Shown piece by piece: positions 22,637 through 32,230 of a stretch of DNA of 64,000 bases; within the stretch, counting starts at the first letter, position 1, and the number at the start of each line of letters is the position of its first letter. The notes below the pieces were generated by a model that was not told the DNA's origin, searched no databases, and saw nothing but the letters and a program-made list of their open reading frames with translations. The position numbers were made by a program, and so were the translations under genes. Source of the stretch: Vulcanimicrobiota bacterium (GTDB lineage Bacteria > Vulcanimicrobiota > Vulcanimicrobiia > Vulcanimicrobiales > Vulcanimicrobiaceae); NCBI GenBank assembly GCA_963820825.1, contig CAWGBN010000005.1, forward strand, positions 1 through 64,000, in the 5' to 3' direction.

Positions 22637-23145
22637 CCCGCTCGACGCTGCGAATTCTCGGCATCGATCCCGCATTGCGCACGACGGGTTACGGCGCAAT
22701 CGAGCGCGGGAACGGAGGCGTGCGATTGATCGAGGCCGGCGTCGTCGTTCCGCGCACTGATGCAACGCTCGAGCAGCGTCTCGCCGAGCTTCACGCCGGA
22801 ATCTGCGAGGTGCTCGCTTCGACCAAGCCGGCTCTCGTCGTCATCGAGGAGCTCTATACGAGCTACACCAACCCGCGCAGCGCGCTCTTGATGGGACATG
22901 CGCGCGGGGTGCTCTGTTTGGCGAGCGCACAAGCGGGCGTCGCCGTTCACTCGCTCGGCCACGCGCGCGTGAAACGCGCGCTCGTCGGCTCGGGGAGCGC
23001 GCGCAAGGAACAGGTCAACGCGATGGTTATGCGGCTGCTCGGGTTACGCCGGCCGCCCAAACCCTACGACGTCTCCGACGCACTCGCACTTGCGCTCGCC
23101 TTTCTCAACATCGTCGAGCGTGGAGAGATCGCCGATGTTCTCTAG
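22633..23145 (+). CDS. ruvC: Holliday junction resolvase RuvC (probable CTG start at 22633 or 22648)
   Basis: RILGIDPALRTTGYG, VIEE, GHARGV, GSGSARKEQV, DVSDALALA. Confidence 0.92.
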   Translation: MTRSTLRILGIDPALRTTGYGAIERGNGGVRLIEAGVVVPRTDATLEQRLAELHAGICEVLASTKPALVVIEELYTSYTNPRSALLMGHARGVLCLASAQAGVAVHSLGHARVKRALVGSGSARKEQVNAMVMRLLGLRRPPKPYDVSDALALALAFLNIVERGEIADVL

Positions 23146-23758
23146 GATCTCGGGCTCGCTGATCGAGCGAAGCGGCGAGACGGCCCTCATCGATGCCGGC
23201 GGGCTCGGTTACGAGGTGGTGCTCCCACCGTGCATCGCGGAGAAGGTGCCGGCCACGCCGGGCGAGGCCGTGACGCTCGAGATCTACGCCGTGGTGAATC
23301 TCGACGGCAACAGCGGTCGCTTCACCTACTACGGCTTTACCAACTCCATCGAGCGCGAGTTCTTCGAGGCATTACTGACGGTGGCGTCGATCGGCCCGCG
23401 CTCGGCGGCGCGCGCCTTCAGCGCACCGATGTCGACGATTGCCGGCGCGATCGACCGCGGGGATTATGCCTTTCTCAAGAGCCTGCCGGGAATCGGCCAG
23501 CAGAAAGCCCGCGACATCGTGGCGAAGCTGCAAGGAAAAGTCGCGAAGTTCTTGCTGATCCGCGACGCGCCGCTGCCGCCGCCCAAGCCGATTCCCGGCT
23601 TCGCCGACGAAGCGCTCGCGGTCTTGTTACAGCTCGGATATAAGCGCAGCGAAGGCGAGGCGATGATTCGTCAGACCCTCGACGCCGATTCGACGATCGA
23701 CGACGCGGAACGGCTGCTCGCGGAGATATACCGCCGCAAAGCGAAGGAAAACGTATGA
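23135..23758 (+). CDS. ruvA: Holliday junction branch migration protein RuvA
   Basis: GGLGYEV, YGF...[33 protein letters not shown]. Confidence 0.92.
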   Translation: MFSRISGSLIERSGETALIDAGGLGYEVVLPPCIAEKVPATPGEAVTLEIYAVVNLDGNSGRFTYYGFTNSIEREFFEALLTVASIGPRSAARAFSAPMSTIAGAIDRGDYAFLKSLPGIGQQKARDIVAKLQGKVAKFLLIRDAPLPPPKPIPGFADEALAVLLQLGYKRSEGEAMIRQTLDADSTIDDAERLLAEIYRRKAKENV

Positions 23759-24840
23759 GCGAAGTGCGCAGGCGTCTGCTCGGCCCCGCGGATGCCGCGC
23801 CCGAGGCAAGCGTCGCGCGCGAATACGAGCGCGTCGTCGATCCGGAAGATACGCTCGAAGACGAGGTCTATGGCGCGAGCCTGCGCCCGCGCTCCTTCGA
23901 CGAGTACGTCGGCCAGGAGCAAGTCGTCGAGAATTTACGGATTGCGATCGACGCGGCGCGCCGCCGCAGCGAGCCTCTGGAGCACGTCCTTTTCTACGGT
24001 CCGCCGGGGCTCGGTAAGACGACGCTGGCCGGACTCATCGCGCGGGAACTCGGTGCGAACTTCCGCCCGACTAGCGGTCCAACCCTGGAGAAACCGAAGG
24101 ATCTCGTCGGGGTGCTGACGTCGCTCGAACACGGCGACGTATTCTTCGTCGACGAGATTCACCGGCTCAGCCGCGTCGTCGAAGAGTTTCTCTATCCGGC
24201 GATGGAGGACTTTCAAATAGACTTCGTCGTCGACCGCGGGGCCTATGCCAAGACGCTCAAGCTTCCGCTGCAACGATTCACGCTGATCGGGGCGACGACG
24301 CGCGCCGGCATGTTGACCGCGCCGCTGCGCGAGCGATTCGGCATCGTTCACCACCTCGATTACTACGGCGTCGCGGAGCTGGAGCGGATCGTTCACCGCT
24401 CGGCGAGCGTCTTGGGCGTGCCGATCGATCCCGACGCGGCCCGGACGATCGCTTCGCGAAGCCGCGGAACGCCACGCGTTGCGAACCGGCTCTTGCGCCG
24501 CGTCCGCGATTTTGCCGAGGTCCGCGCCGACGGTCACATCACCGCGGCGGTTGCCGACGAAGCCCTGCAGCGTGAAGGCGTCGACCGACTCGGCCTCGAC
24601 CGGCTCGATCGCGCCTTCTTGCGGACGATCGTCGAACAGTATCGCGGCGGACCCGCCGGCATCGCGGCCATCGCCGCGACCTTGACCGAAGATGCCGAGA
24701 CGCTCGAGGACGTCGTCGAACCGTTCCTGCTCAAGGAGGGCTTCGTAACGCGAACCGCAAGCGGACGCCGTGCGACGGCCCTAGCCTACCATCATCTCGG
24801 CCTCGCGGGCGCTTCGCCCGCGCAGGAACGCCTGCTCTAA
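23755..24840 (+). CDS. ruvB: Holliday junction branch migration helicase RuvB
   Basis: [51 protein letters not shown]. Confidence 0.97.
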   Translation: MSEVRRRLLGPADAAPEASVAREYERVVDPEDTLEDEVYGASLRPRSFDEYVGQEQVVENLRIAIDAARRRSEPLEHVLFYGPPGLGKTTLAGLIARELGANFRPTSGPTLEKPKDLVGVLTSLEHGDVFFVDEIHRLSRVVEEFLYPAMEDFQIDFVVDRGAYAKTLKLPLQRFTLIGATTRAGMLTAPLRERFGIVHHLDYYGVAELERIVHRSASVLGVPIDPDAARTIASRSRGTPRVANRLLRRVRDFAEVRADGHITAAVADEALQREGVDRLGLDRLDRAFLRTIVEQYRGGPAGIAAIAATLTEDAETLEDVVEPFLLKEGFVTRTASGRRATALAYHHLGLAGASPAQERLL

Positions 24841-24852
24841 CCGGTTTCGCCG

Positions 24853-25848
24853 ATGCGGCGCGCGGCGTTTCTCATGCTCGGCACGGTACCGCTTGCGTAT
24901 CCATGCGCCGCGCGCGCGCAGAGTTACGCCGATCCGTCGCAATCCTCGCCGCGTCAGGCGCTTCGCGTGCGGCTTGGGCGTGCCGCAGCGACGCCGGCAT
25001 CGGCCTCGACCTTTAACTACGACGGCAGACTCTACCGTGGCACGTTCGAGGAGACCGAAGACGGCGAGATCGTCAACGTCGTCGATCTCGAAGCGTATCT
25101 CTATAGCGTCGTTCCGCGCGAGATGCCGCCGTCGTGGCCGGGCGCGGCGCTGCAAGCGCAAGCGATCTGTGCGCGGACGTACGTGCTCCAGCGCAGCGAT
25201 CCGCGCCGGTCCTACGATCTGGTTCCCTCGGAGCTCGACCAACGCTACGACGGCATCGCTGCGGAGACACCGGCGGGGATTGCGGCGGTCGACGCGAGCG
25301 CGGGCGCGGTGCTCGGTTTCGGCGACGGCTACGCGCGGGTTGCCTATTCGTCGTGCTGCGGCGGCCACACGGAATCGTCGGCGGACGCTTGGGGTAACGT
25401 GCCGATTCCCTATCTCGGCGGAGTCGTCTGCACGTCGTGTTCGGACTCTCCGAACTATCGCTGGGAGCGCACCCTCACGTTCGATGCGATCGCGGGGCGA
25501 TTTGCCGGCGCCTCGCCGGCACCGGCGCGCGTCGACGATCTTCGAATCACCGCGCGCGACGCGAGCGGCCGTGCGCGCGGCTTCGAGCTGGTCAGCGATC
25601 TCGGCAGCACCACGATCGGCGGAGGTGCCTTTCGACGCGGGATCGGCACGCGCGTCCTCCCGAGTCTCTTGCTCACCCAGCTTCGGCGCACGCCGGACGG
25701 CGAGGGCGTTCTCATCGACGGCGGCGGTCTCGGCCACGGCGTTGGCTTCTGTCAGTGGGGAGCCCGCGGCATGGCGCTGCGCGGCGCCGGGGCGGCGCAG
25801 ATCTTATCGCTCTACTTTCCCGGGACCGTTGTCGAACATCTCGGCTGA
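24853..25848 (+). CDS. SpoIID/LytB domain lytic transglycosylase-like protein
   Basis: EAYLYSVVPREMP.SWP..ALQAQAI.ARTY, SSCCGGHTE, GLGHGVGFCQWGA; ruvB-SpoIID-like-queA order. Confidence 0.9.
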   Translation: MRRAAFLMLGTVPLAYPCAARAQSYADPSQSSPRQALRVRLGRAAATPASASTFNYDGRLYRGTFEETEDGEIVNVVDLEAYLYSVVPREMPPSWPGAALQAQAICARTYVLQRSDPRRSYDLVPSELDQRYDGIAAETPAGIAAVDASAGAVLGFGDGYARVAYSSCCGGHTESSADAWGNVPIPYLGGVVCTSCSDSPNYRWERTLTFDAIAGRFAGASPAPARVDDLRITARDASGRARGFELVSDLGSTTIGGGAFRRGIGTRVLPSLLLTQLRRTPDGEGVLIDGGGLGHGVGFCQWGARGMALRGAGAAQILSLYFPGTVVEHLG

Positions 25849-26914
25849 GAGAGCGCAACCGCCCGCGATCGCGCTCTTCGATTACTCCTTACCCGAGGAG
25901 CTGATCGCACAGCATCCGGCGAGCGTCCGCGACCGGAGCCGTCTAATGGTGCTCGACGGCGGCACGATCGCGCACCGCTCGTTCTGCGACTTGCCGGGTC
26001 TATTGGAGCCGGACGATCTCCTCGTGCTCAACGAGACTAAGGTGATTCGCGCGCGGCTGGCCGGCGAGCGCGAACGCGACGGAGGCCGCGCCGAGCTGCT
26101 CTTGCTCCGTCCGGCCTCGTCGACGCACTACGATCCGCAGGCCGCGCGTTGGATCGCGCTGGCCAAACCCGCACGGCGCTTGCGCGCAGGTGACCGCATC
26201 GCCTTTGGGGGCCTCGGCGAAGCAACGATCTGCAACGAGCTCGAGGCGGGAATGCGCGAGATCGAGCTTCGCCTCGACGTTCCGTTCGAGGCTTTCCTGG
26301 AAGGTGCGGGACGGATGCCGCTGCCGCCCTACATTCGCAACGAGTCGTCGCACGCGCAGCGGCGTTATCAGAGCGTCTTCGCGCGCCGGCCGGGAAGCGT
26401 TGCGGCGCCGACCGCTTCGCTGCACTTTACGCCACGGCTCTTGCGAGAGATCGCCGGCCGGCGCATAGAGATCGTGCGGATCGCCCTCAACGTCGGTCTA
26501 GGAACCTTTCGTCCGGTTACGGCCGGCTCGATCGGCGAACACGTCATGCACGAAGAATCGTATTCGATCGAACCCGAAGCCGCGCAAACCATCGAAACGG
26601 CGCGCGCCGCACGGCGACGCATCGTCGCGGTCGGGACGACGGTCGTCCGCGCGCTCGAGGGCTGCGTTGCCGCGTACGGACGGGTCGAACCCGGCGAACA
26701 CGTGACCGACCTCTTTATAACGCCGGGATTTCGGTTTCGCGCGGTCGGCGCGATGATCACGAACTTCCACCTGCCGCGTTCGACGCTGCTGATGCTGGTC
26801 AGCGCTTTCGCCGGGCGCGAGCGAATCTTAGCCGCCTACGCACAGGCCGTCGAACGGCGCTATCGATTCTACTCCTTCGGCGATGCGATGTTCGTTTCGG
26901 GGCAGAACGAGTAG
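25829..26914 (+). CDS. queA: S-adenosylmethionine:tRNA ribosyltransferase-isomerase
   Basis: FDYSLPEELIAQHP, NETKVIRARL, PLPPYI, GSVAAPTASLHFT, TNFHLPRSTL, YRFYSFGDAM; start approximate. Confidence 0.95.
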   Translation: MSNISAERAQPPAIALFDYSLPEELIAQHPASVRDRSRLMVLDGGTIAHRSFCDLPGLLEPDDLLVLNETKVIRARLAGERERDGGRAELLLLRPASSTHYDPQAARWIALAKPARRLRAGDRIAFGGLGEATICNELEAGMREIELRLDVPFEAFLEGAGRMPLPPYIRNESSHAQRRYQSVFARRPGSVAAPTASLHFTPRLLREIAGRRIEIVRIALNVGLGTFRPVTAGSIGEHVMHEESYSIEPEAAQTIETARAARRRIVAVGTTVVRALEGCVAAYGRVEPGEHVTDLFITPGFRFRAVGAMITNFHLPRSTLLMLVSAFAGRERILAAYAQAVERRYRFYSFGDAMFVSGQNE

Positions 26915-26915
26915 C

Positions 26916-27896
26916 GTGCGGTATGTGGCCTACGAGCGCCCCGGCGGTGCCGCGCTCCTGCGCGTCGCACAGACGGATATCCCGCAGCCCGGCCCTCGCG
27001 AGGTCGTCATCGCGGTGGAGGCGGCAGGCGTCTCACGCGCCGACGTCATGCAGCGCGAGGGCAAGTATCCGCCTCCGAGCGGAGCATCGCCGATTCTCGG
27101 CCTGGAGGTTGCCGGTACGATCGCGCAGATCGGCGCGCGCGTGACGCGCTGGACGCGCGGCGATCGAGTCTGCGCGCTGACCAATGGCGGCGGTTATGCG
27201 GAGTATGCGGCGGTGCCGTCGGGACAGGTGCTGCCGATACCGTCGGGCTGGAGCGCGGTCGAGGCGGCGACGCTGCCGGAGAATGCGTTCACCGTCTACG
27301 ACAATCTCTTTACGCGCGCGCGGCTGCGCTCCGGCGAGACTCTCTTGGTTCACGGCGGAACGAGCGGCATCGGCTCGACCGCGATCATGTTCGCGCGCGC
27401 CTTTGGCGCGATGGTGATCGCCACAGCCGGCTCCCCCGAAAAGTGCGCCGCGACGCTGGCCTTCGGCGCGTCGCACGCCATCGATTACCGCCGCTTGGAT
27501 TTCGTGCGCGAGGTAGACCGAATTACAGCCCGGCGAGGCGTCGACGTCGTGCTCGACATCGTCGGCGGCGATTATATCGCGCGCGACGTCGAATCGCTCG
27601 CGCTCGACGGTCGCATCGCCTGCATCGCCACGACCCGTGGCCGCAGCGTCGAACTCGACCTCGGGCGTCTCTTTGCCAAGCGCGCAACGATTCTGGCTTC
27701 GACGCTGCGCCCGCGAAGCGCATCGCAGAAGGGCGCGATCGCGCGCCGTCTCGAGCGCCGAATCTGGCCGCTGCTCCCAACGCGTGAGGCGATCGTGCCG
27801 CTCGTCGACTCGGTCTATGCGTTCGAGCGCGCTGCCGAGGCGCACGCTCGCATGGAATCGAGCGCGCACGTCGGCAAGATCGTACTAGTGCCCTAG
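26916..27896 (+). CDS. NAD(P)H-quinone oxidoreductase (PIG3-type MDR family)
   Basis: QREGKYPPP.GAS.ILGLEVAG, GGGYAEY, LVHGGTSGIG, HVGKIVL. Confidence 0.9.
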   Translation: MRYVAYERPGGAALLRVAQTDIPQPGPREVVIAVEAAGVSRADVMQREGKYPPPSGASPILGLEVAGTIAQIGARVTRWTRGDRVCALTNGGGYAEYAAVPSGQVLPIPSGWSAVEAATLPENAFTVYDNLFTRARLRSGETLLVHGGTSGIGSTAIMFARAFGAMVIATAGSPEKCAATLAFGASHAIDYRRLDFVREVDRITARRGVDVVLDIVGGDYIARDVESLALDGRIACIATTRGRSVELDLGRLFAKRATILASTLRPRSASQKGAIARRLERRIWPLLPTREAIVPLVDSVYAFERAAEAHARMESSAHVGKIVLVP

Positions 27897-28414
27897 TGGT
27901 AGAGCCACTGACTCATCGACGTCGGTCCCGTCGCCATGAAGAAGAGCATTGGGATCGAGAGCATCGTATTCGTTCGCGAGGCGAGGAAGGCGACGCGCCG
28001 CGCTTTGGCCTTCTGTTCGTCCGTCGCCGGGACGATGCCGAGGATCTTCTTTTGATTCGGCCAGATCAGTCCCCAGACGTTTAAGAGCATGATCGTCCCG
28101 AGCCAGGCTCCGATACCGATCGGCGCCATCGCGCCTTGAAGCGTGAACGCGTCGACGAATCCGTTGCCGCCCCCAGGGGCGGAGTAACCGCCGAGCAACG
28201 CCGCTCCGAAGATCCACGTCACGACCGCGCCCCAGCGGAAGAAGAAGAGCGCGCGGGGCACGACGTATTTCGAGATCGGTGCGGCTTCGCCGGCCGCAGT
28301 CGCCTCCTTGACCGCCGCGACGTTTACGAAATTAAAGTAGTAGAGCAGGCCGATCCACATGATGCCGGCCATGATGTGGAACCAGCGGAGTATCCAGTCG
28401 CTCGACGGACTCAT
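27893..28414 (-). CDS. PuuD / urate-hydroxylase N-terminal-like membrane protein, no cytochrome c domain
   Basis: RWFHIMAGIMWIGLLYYFNF, FFFRWGA, GTIMLLNVWGLIWPNQKK, SRTNTMLSIPMLFFM. Confidence 0.8.
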   Translation of the reverse strand: MSPSSDWILRWFHIMAGIMWIGLLYYFNFVNVAAVKEATAAGEAAPISKYVVPRALFFFRWGAVVTWIFGAALLGGYSAPGGGNGFVDAFTLQGAMAPIGIGAWLGTIMLLNVWGLIWPNQKKILGIVPATDEQKAKARRVAFLASRTNTMLSIPMLFFMATGPTSMSQWLYH

Positions 28415-28527
28415 GCGCCGGCCCCCGCCGCGTGCGCCACGATGAGCCGCGCGACGTACCAGAGTATTGCGGTTAAGATGAAGCCGGAGATGACCGTGCC
28501 CCAGAGCGAGTCCAAAGGATTCTTCAC
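28411..28527 (-). CDS. Small 38-aa single-TM protein (MKNPLDSLWGTVISGFILTAILWYVARLIVAHAAGAGA)
   Basis: GTG start with GGGAGG SD upstream; TGA overlaps the ATG of the puuD-like gene (ATGA); not in the ORF track. Confidence 0.7.
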   Translation of the reverse strand: MKNPLDSLWGTVISGFILTAILWYVARLIVAHAAGAGA

Positions 28528-28631
28528 GTACAGCCTCCCGGTGTTAGTGCTTGCTGTGAGGAGGAGTTGCGCGCTGCAAGGGAGTGTCCTCCTCGTTGGC
28601 GGACGAGCGGGCGGACGAGGGCCGGGAGCTC

Positions 28632-28657
28632 GTTTCGCGCTGCGCTTTGCGGGGTAT
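28632..28657 (+). promoter_or_regulatory. SigB/SigF-type promoter upstream of SOD
   Basis: GTTT-N16-GGGTAT ending 12 nt before the ATG at 28670. Confidence 0.6.
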
Positions 28658-28669
28658 CGAACGAACGGA

Positions 28670-29284
28670 ATGAACGTATATACGCCTCTAAAAAGCTACT
28701 CCGCACTTAAGTGGGATCTGGCCGGTTTGCACGGGATCTCCGATGCGACACTCGAGATGCATTTCGGCCTTTATGAAGGTTACGTCAAGAATACCAATCT
28801 GCTCAACGACCGGCTGCGGGAGATTCGCGGTGCCGGCAAAGCCGCCGGGAGCGATCCGGCCTTTGCCGAGCTGGTCCGCCGCCTCGGCTTCGAATACAAC
28901 GGCATGAGGCTGCACGAGTACTACTTCGATAACTTGTGCACGCAATCGCGCGAGGTCCGAAGCGGGCGGCTCTACGATGCGCTCGGTGAGGCCTACGGCG
29001 GATTCGACGAATGGAAGAAGGACTTCGTCGCGGTCGGCGGCATGCGCGGCGTCGGCTGGGTGATCGCCTATTGCGATACGACGAACGGTCAGATTACCAA
29101 TCACTGGATCAACGATCACGAAAACGGAAATCTTGCCGGTTTCGTGCCGGTCGTCGTGATGGACGTTTGGGAGCACGCCTACATCAAGGATTACAAGCCC
29201 GCCGAGAAGAGCAAGTACATCGAATCGTTCTTTGCCAATCTCGACTGGCAGGCGTGCGAGGCTCGCCTCCCCAGAACGACTTAG
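28670..29284 (+). CDS. Fe/Mn superoxide dismutase family protein (divergent, ChrC-like)
   Basis: Metal ligands in LEMHF, RLHEYYF, MDVWEHAY; GMRGVGW. Confidence 0.88.
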   Translation: MNVYTPLKSYSALKWDLAGLHGISDATLEMHFGLYEGYVKNTNLLNDRLREIRGAGKAAGSDPAFAELVRRLGFEYNGMRLHEYYFDNLCTQSREVRSGRLYDALGEAYGGFDEWKKDFVAVGGMRGVGWVIAYCDTTNGQITNHWINDHENGNLAGFVPVVVMDVWEHAYIKDYKPAEKSKYIESFFANLDWQACEARLPRTT

Positions 29285-30762
29285 GACTGCACGTCGAGCC
29301 GCTTCGGCTCTACGACTACGGTTCGAGCGTGCGTGTACCAGACGAGTCCGGGCGGCGCGGCGCGCTGCTTGCGCACGTGCTTTCGTAAGGTGTAATCGAC
29401 CGGGACCGTCGTTGCCGATTGCGCGCGCGAATGAAATGCGGCAAGGGCGGCGGCCGTCTCGATATCTTCATCGGGAACTGTCGCGCGGTCGTCCCGAGCG
29501 AGAACCACGTGAGCTCCCGGAATACGCTGCGCGTGAAACCAGAGATCGTTCGGCCGGGCGACACGAAACGTCAGCTCCGCGTTCTCGGCCGGGGAACGGC
29601 CGACGAGGATGCGCGACCCGCGCGGCGTTCGAAACTCCAGCGGCGGACGCTTGCGCTGCGGCGCGCGCGCGAGCGCGGCGGCACCGCGTTTCGGTCCGAG
29701 CTCGGCCACCGCGCTTTCGACGGCCTCGAGGTCATCGGCTCGCTCGGCCTCCCAGCGCAGCGTTTCGATCGCTTCGAGCACGCGCCGCAGCGAGGCTTCT
29801 CGAGCCTCGACGTGCGGTACGCTCTTGCCCAGGCGTTTATACTCGGCGAAGAGCTTCGCGGCTCGTTCTTTCGCGGCGTCGCGTTCGCCGGCGGCGAGGT
29901 CGTGGAGGGTCGCAAAGATCGCGTCGCCCTCTTCCCGCAGGGCATCGCGGTGTAGAGCCTTCTCGCGTTTGCGTGCGAGCGCGTCGACTTCGTCACGAAG
30001 CTTTCGCTCGCGCTCGTCGAGCCGTTTGACGATCGCCCGGCGACGCACCGCCGAGCGTTCTCCGCCGGCGCGTTCGAGCTGCTGCGCGCGCAGCTCCGCG
30101 AAGAGCGCGAGGAGCGACGGTTCGCGCATGAGCTCGGCCTCCGCGAAGCCGTCGAGCGGAGCGACGTATGCTTGCAGGAGCGCACCGTCGCGGCGATACG
30201 CGAAGAGCGGCTCCAAGGGCTCGGCGGGGACGGCTTCGGCGGCCGGTCCGAGCGTTCGAATGCGATCCGGAAGGGGTGGCAGGTCGTAGGACATTCCCGC
30301 CTGCACCGCGCGCCGCGGATTCTCCGATGGCGCGAACTCCTTGCTCGCGGCCACGACGATGCCATCCTTGACGAGCACGACGTTACCGAAGCGCGGAACC
30401 AGCTCCACGTACAGCTCGAGCTGCTCGCCGACGCCGAAACGCGAACGCGCGGCGAAGGTCAGACGCAGCAGGCGGTCGTTCCGGCGCGCGGCGACGTCGG
30501 CGATCACCATCCCGCGGAGCGCACGTGCGAGCACTCGAACGAAACCGGGCTCCGTAAGGATTCCGAGCTCGCCTTCACCGAGCGTCACGAGCGGCGGCGA
30601 TGCGAAGAGATCGATCGTCAGGAGCAGGCGCCGGCCGCGCGACCGCACCACGATGCCGATTCGTCCGTCGCCGCACAGGCCGGCGTCGTCGACTCGGGCA
30701 CCGCGCAGGCGGTCCTTCAGCTCGGCGGCGAGCCGTGCAATGAGGACCCAGTCGGTCAGCAT
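29281..30762 (-). CDS. rqcH: Rqc2/RqcH (NFACT/FbpA) ribosome quality control protein
   Basis: NFACT-N with NDRL and ELVPRFGN, coiled coil, NFACT-R with VGRS..EN..LT, DLWFHA..IPGAHV, VDYT..KHVRK. Confidence 0.85.
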   Translation of the reverse strand: MLTDWVLIARLAAELKDRLRGARVDDAGLCGDGRIGIVVRSRGRRLLLTIDLFASPPLVTLGEGELGILTEPGFVRVLARALRGMVIADVAARRNDRLLRLTFAARSRFGVGEQLELYVELVPRFGNVVLVKDGIVVAASKEFAPSENPRRAVQAGMSYDLPPLPDRIRTLGPAAEAVPAEPLEPLFAYRRDGALLQAYVAPLDGFAEAELMREPSLLALFAELRAQQLERAGGERSAVRRRAIVKRLDERERKLRDEVDALARKREKALHRDALREEGDAIFATLHDLAAGERDAAKERAAKLFAEYKRLGKSVPHVEAREASLRRVLEAIETLRWEAERADDLEAVESAVAELGPKRGAAALARAPQRKRPPLEFRTPRGSRILVGRSPAENAELTFRVARPNDLWFHAQRIPGAHVVLARDDRATVPDEDIETAAALAAFHSRAQSATTVPVDYTLRKHVRKQRAAPPGLVWYTHARTVVVEPKRLDVQS

Positions 30763-30777
30763 CAAACCCTCTTATTC

Positions 30778-31227
30778 GTGAGAACGGCAATACTCTTGGC
30801 GATCGCCCTGGCGCTGCCGCTCGGTGCCTGCGGTCGCGGCGGCTCCTCGCTTGCGCCCAAGGGCTGGCAGCCGATGCCCGGGCCGAGCGGCGCTTGGTCG
30901 AGCGGGAGCGGGCCGGGAGCGCAATCGTATAGCGTCGTCCGGCGCCCGTTCACCGGATCGCTCCAGGATCTGGCATCGGCGGCCACGATCGACGTCTTGC
31001 TCCACCATCACGGCTCGCGGTTACGGGGTAGCGCGCCGTTTCGGCCCTGTCCGGGGGCTGCCGGAATTGCAACCTTTACGCTTCCGGGGGCTTTGGTGCT
31101 CCAGGAAGGCTTTGCGATGCGCGACGGAAGCTCGATTCGAACGAGCTACGTGCGTCCCGCCGGCTCTCCCGTCGATCCTGGCGTCATCGACGCGATGCAA
31201 AACGCGCTCTGCGTGCCGCCTGCATAG
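30778..31227 (+). CDS. Hypothetical lipoprotein
   Basis: MRTAILLAIALALPLGAC lipobox; two further Cys. Confidence 0.65.
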   Translation: MRTAILLAIALALPLGACGRGGSSLAPKGWQPMPGPSGAWSSGSGPGAQSYSVVRRPFTGSLQDLASAATIDVLLHHHGSRLRGSAPFRPCPGAAGIATFTLPGALVLQEGFAMRDGSSIRTSYVRPAGSPVDPGVIDAMQNALCVPPA

Positions 31228-31287
31228 AAAGCTTGGCCTTGCCTGCTCCGAGGTGCCGCGGGGCGGCAGCGTGAAAGGAGTGGCGCG

Positions 31288-31908
31288 TTGATCACGGGGC
31301 CGGGTCTGCTATTCGTCGTCTCGGGGCCGTCCGGCGCCGGCAAGGATACCCTCGTCGAGGCGCTACGCGGGCGCCGGCCAAGCCTGCGGTACTCAGTCTC
31401 GGCTACGACGCGGCCGGCTCGTCCCGAGGAGCGCAACGAAGAGCACTACTTTTTCGTCTCTGATTCCGAGTTCGAGCGGCTCCTGAGCTCCGGCGGCCTC
31501 TTGGAGTGGCGCGAGTACGGCGGCAACCGTTACGGGACGCCGCGGGATTACGTCGAGCGGAGTTTAGCGGAAGGCTACGACCTGATCGTGAAGCCTGAGG
31601 TAAATGGTGCGCTCGCCGTCAAGGCCGCGTATCCGGATGCGGTGCTGATCTTTCTCGTTCCCGATCGGTTCTCGCACCTTCGCGAACGGCTGCTCGCCCG
31701 GCGCACCGAGACAAACGAAGAGATCGCCCGGCGGCTCGAGATCGCGCAAGAGGAGATGCAGTTCATTCGGCGCTTCGACTACATCGTAGTCAACGCGCAA
31801 GACCGCCCGGAGGAGGCCGTGCGGGATCTGGAAGCAATCTTGCAGGCCGAGCGCTTTCGCATCCACCGATATCCCGACGACTCGATTCAAAGAGTCAAGT
31901 CGTCATAA
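31288..31908 (+). CDS. gmk: Guanylate kinase
   Basis: SGPSGAGKDT, SVSATTR..RP.E, YGTP, FDYIVVN. Confidence 0.96.
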   Translation: MITGPGLLFVVSGPSGAGKDTLVEALRGRRPSLRYSVSATTRPARPEERNEEHYFFVSDSEFERLLSSGGLLEWREYGGNRYGTPRDYVERSLAEGYDLIVKPEVNGALAVKAAYPDAVLIFLVPDRFSHLRERLLARRTETNEEIARRLEIAQEEMQFIRRFDYIVVNAQDRPEEAVRDLEAILQAERFRIHRYPDDSIQRVKSS

Positions 31909-31951
31909 GAGAACCCATCGTTACACTAAAAAAGGAATCATTCGATATTTT

Positions 31952-32224
31952 ATGAGCAAATCTGTATTCGGCGACCTCGATGTGCTGCTCACGCAAGCGG
32001 ATTCGAAGTTCAGCCTCGTCAATATCGTCACCAAGCGCGCCCGTCAACTGAACAACTGGATTCGCGTCCAGCAGCTTCCGGCGTCCGACCGCCGCGAATA
32101 CTTCGCCAGCGAACCGCTCGTCGACAAAGAGACGATCAATCCGAATAAGCCGGTCTCGATCGCGCTCGACGAGATTGCGGAAGGCAAGATCGGCTACCGG
32201 CGCACGCGCGAAGGCATCAAGTAG
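31952..32224 (+). CDS. rpoZ: RNA polymerase omega subunit
   Basis: SKFSLV....KRARQL, KPVSIALDEIAEG; gmk-rpoZ synteny. Confidence 0.92.
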   Translation: MSKSVFGDLDVLLTQADSKFSLVNIVTKRARQLNNWIRVQQLPASDRREYFASEPLVDKETINPNKPVSIALDEIAEGKIGYRRTREGIK

Positions 32225-32230
32225 AAGCAG

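Noticed and set aside
24853..25848. Sporulation inferred from the SpoIID domain, STAS protein and SigF-like sigma
   Set aside because: All three families are widespread in non-sporulating bacteria and no sporulation-specific gene is present.
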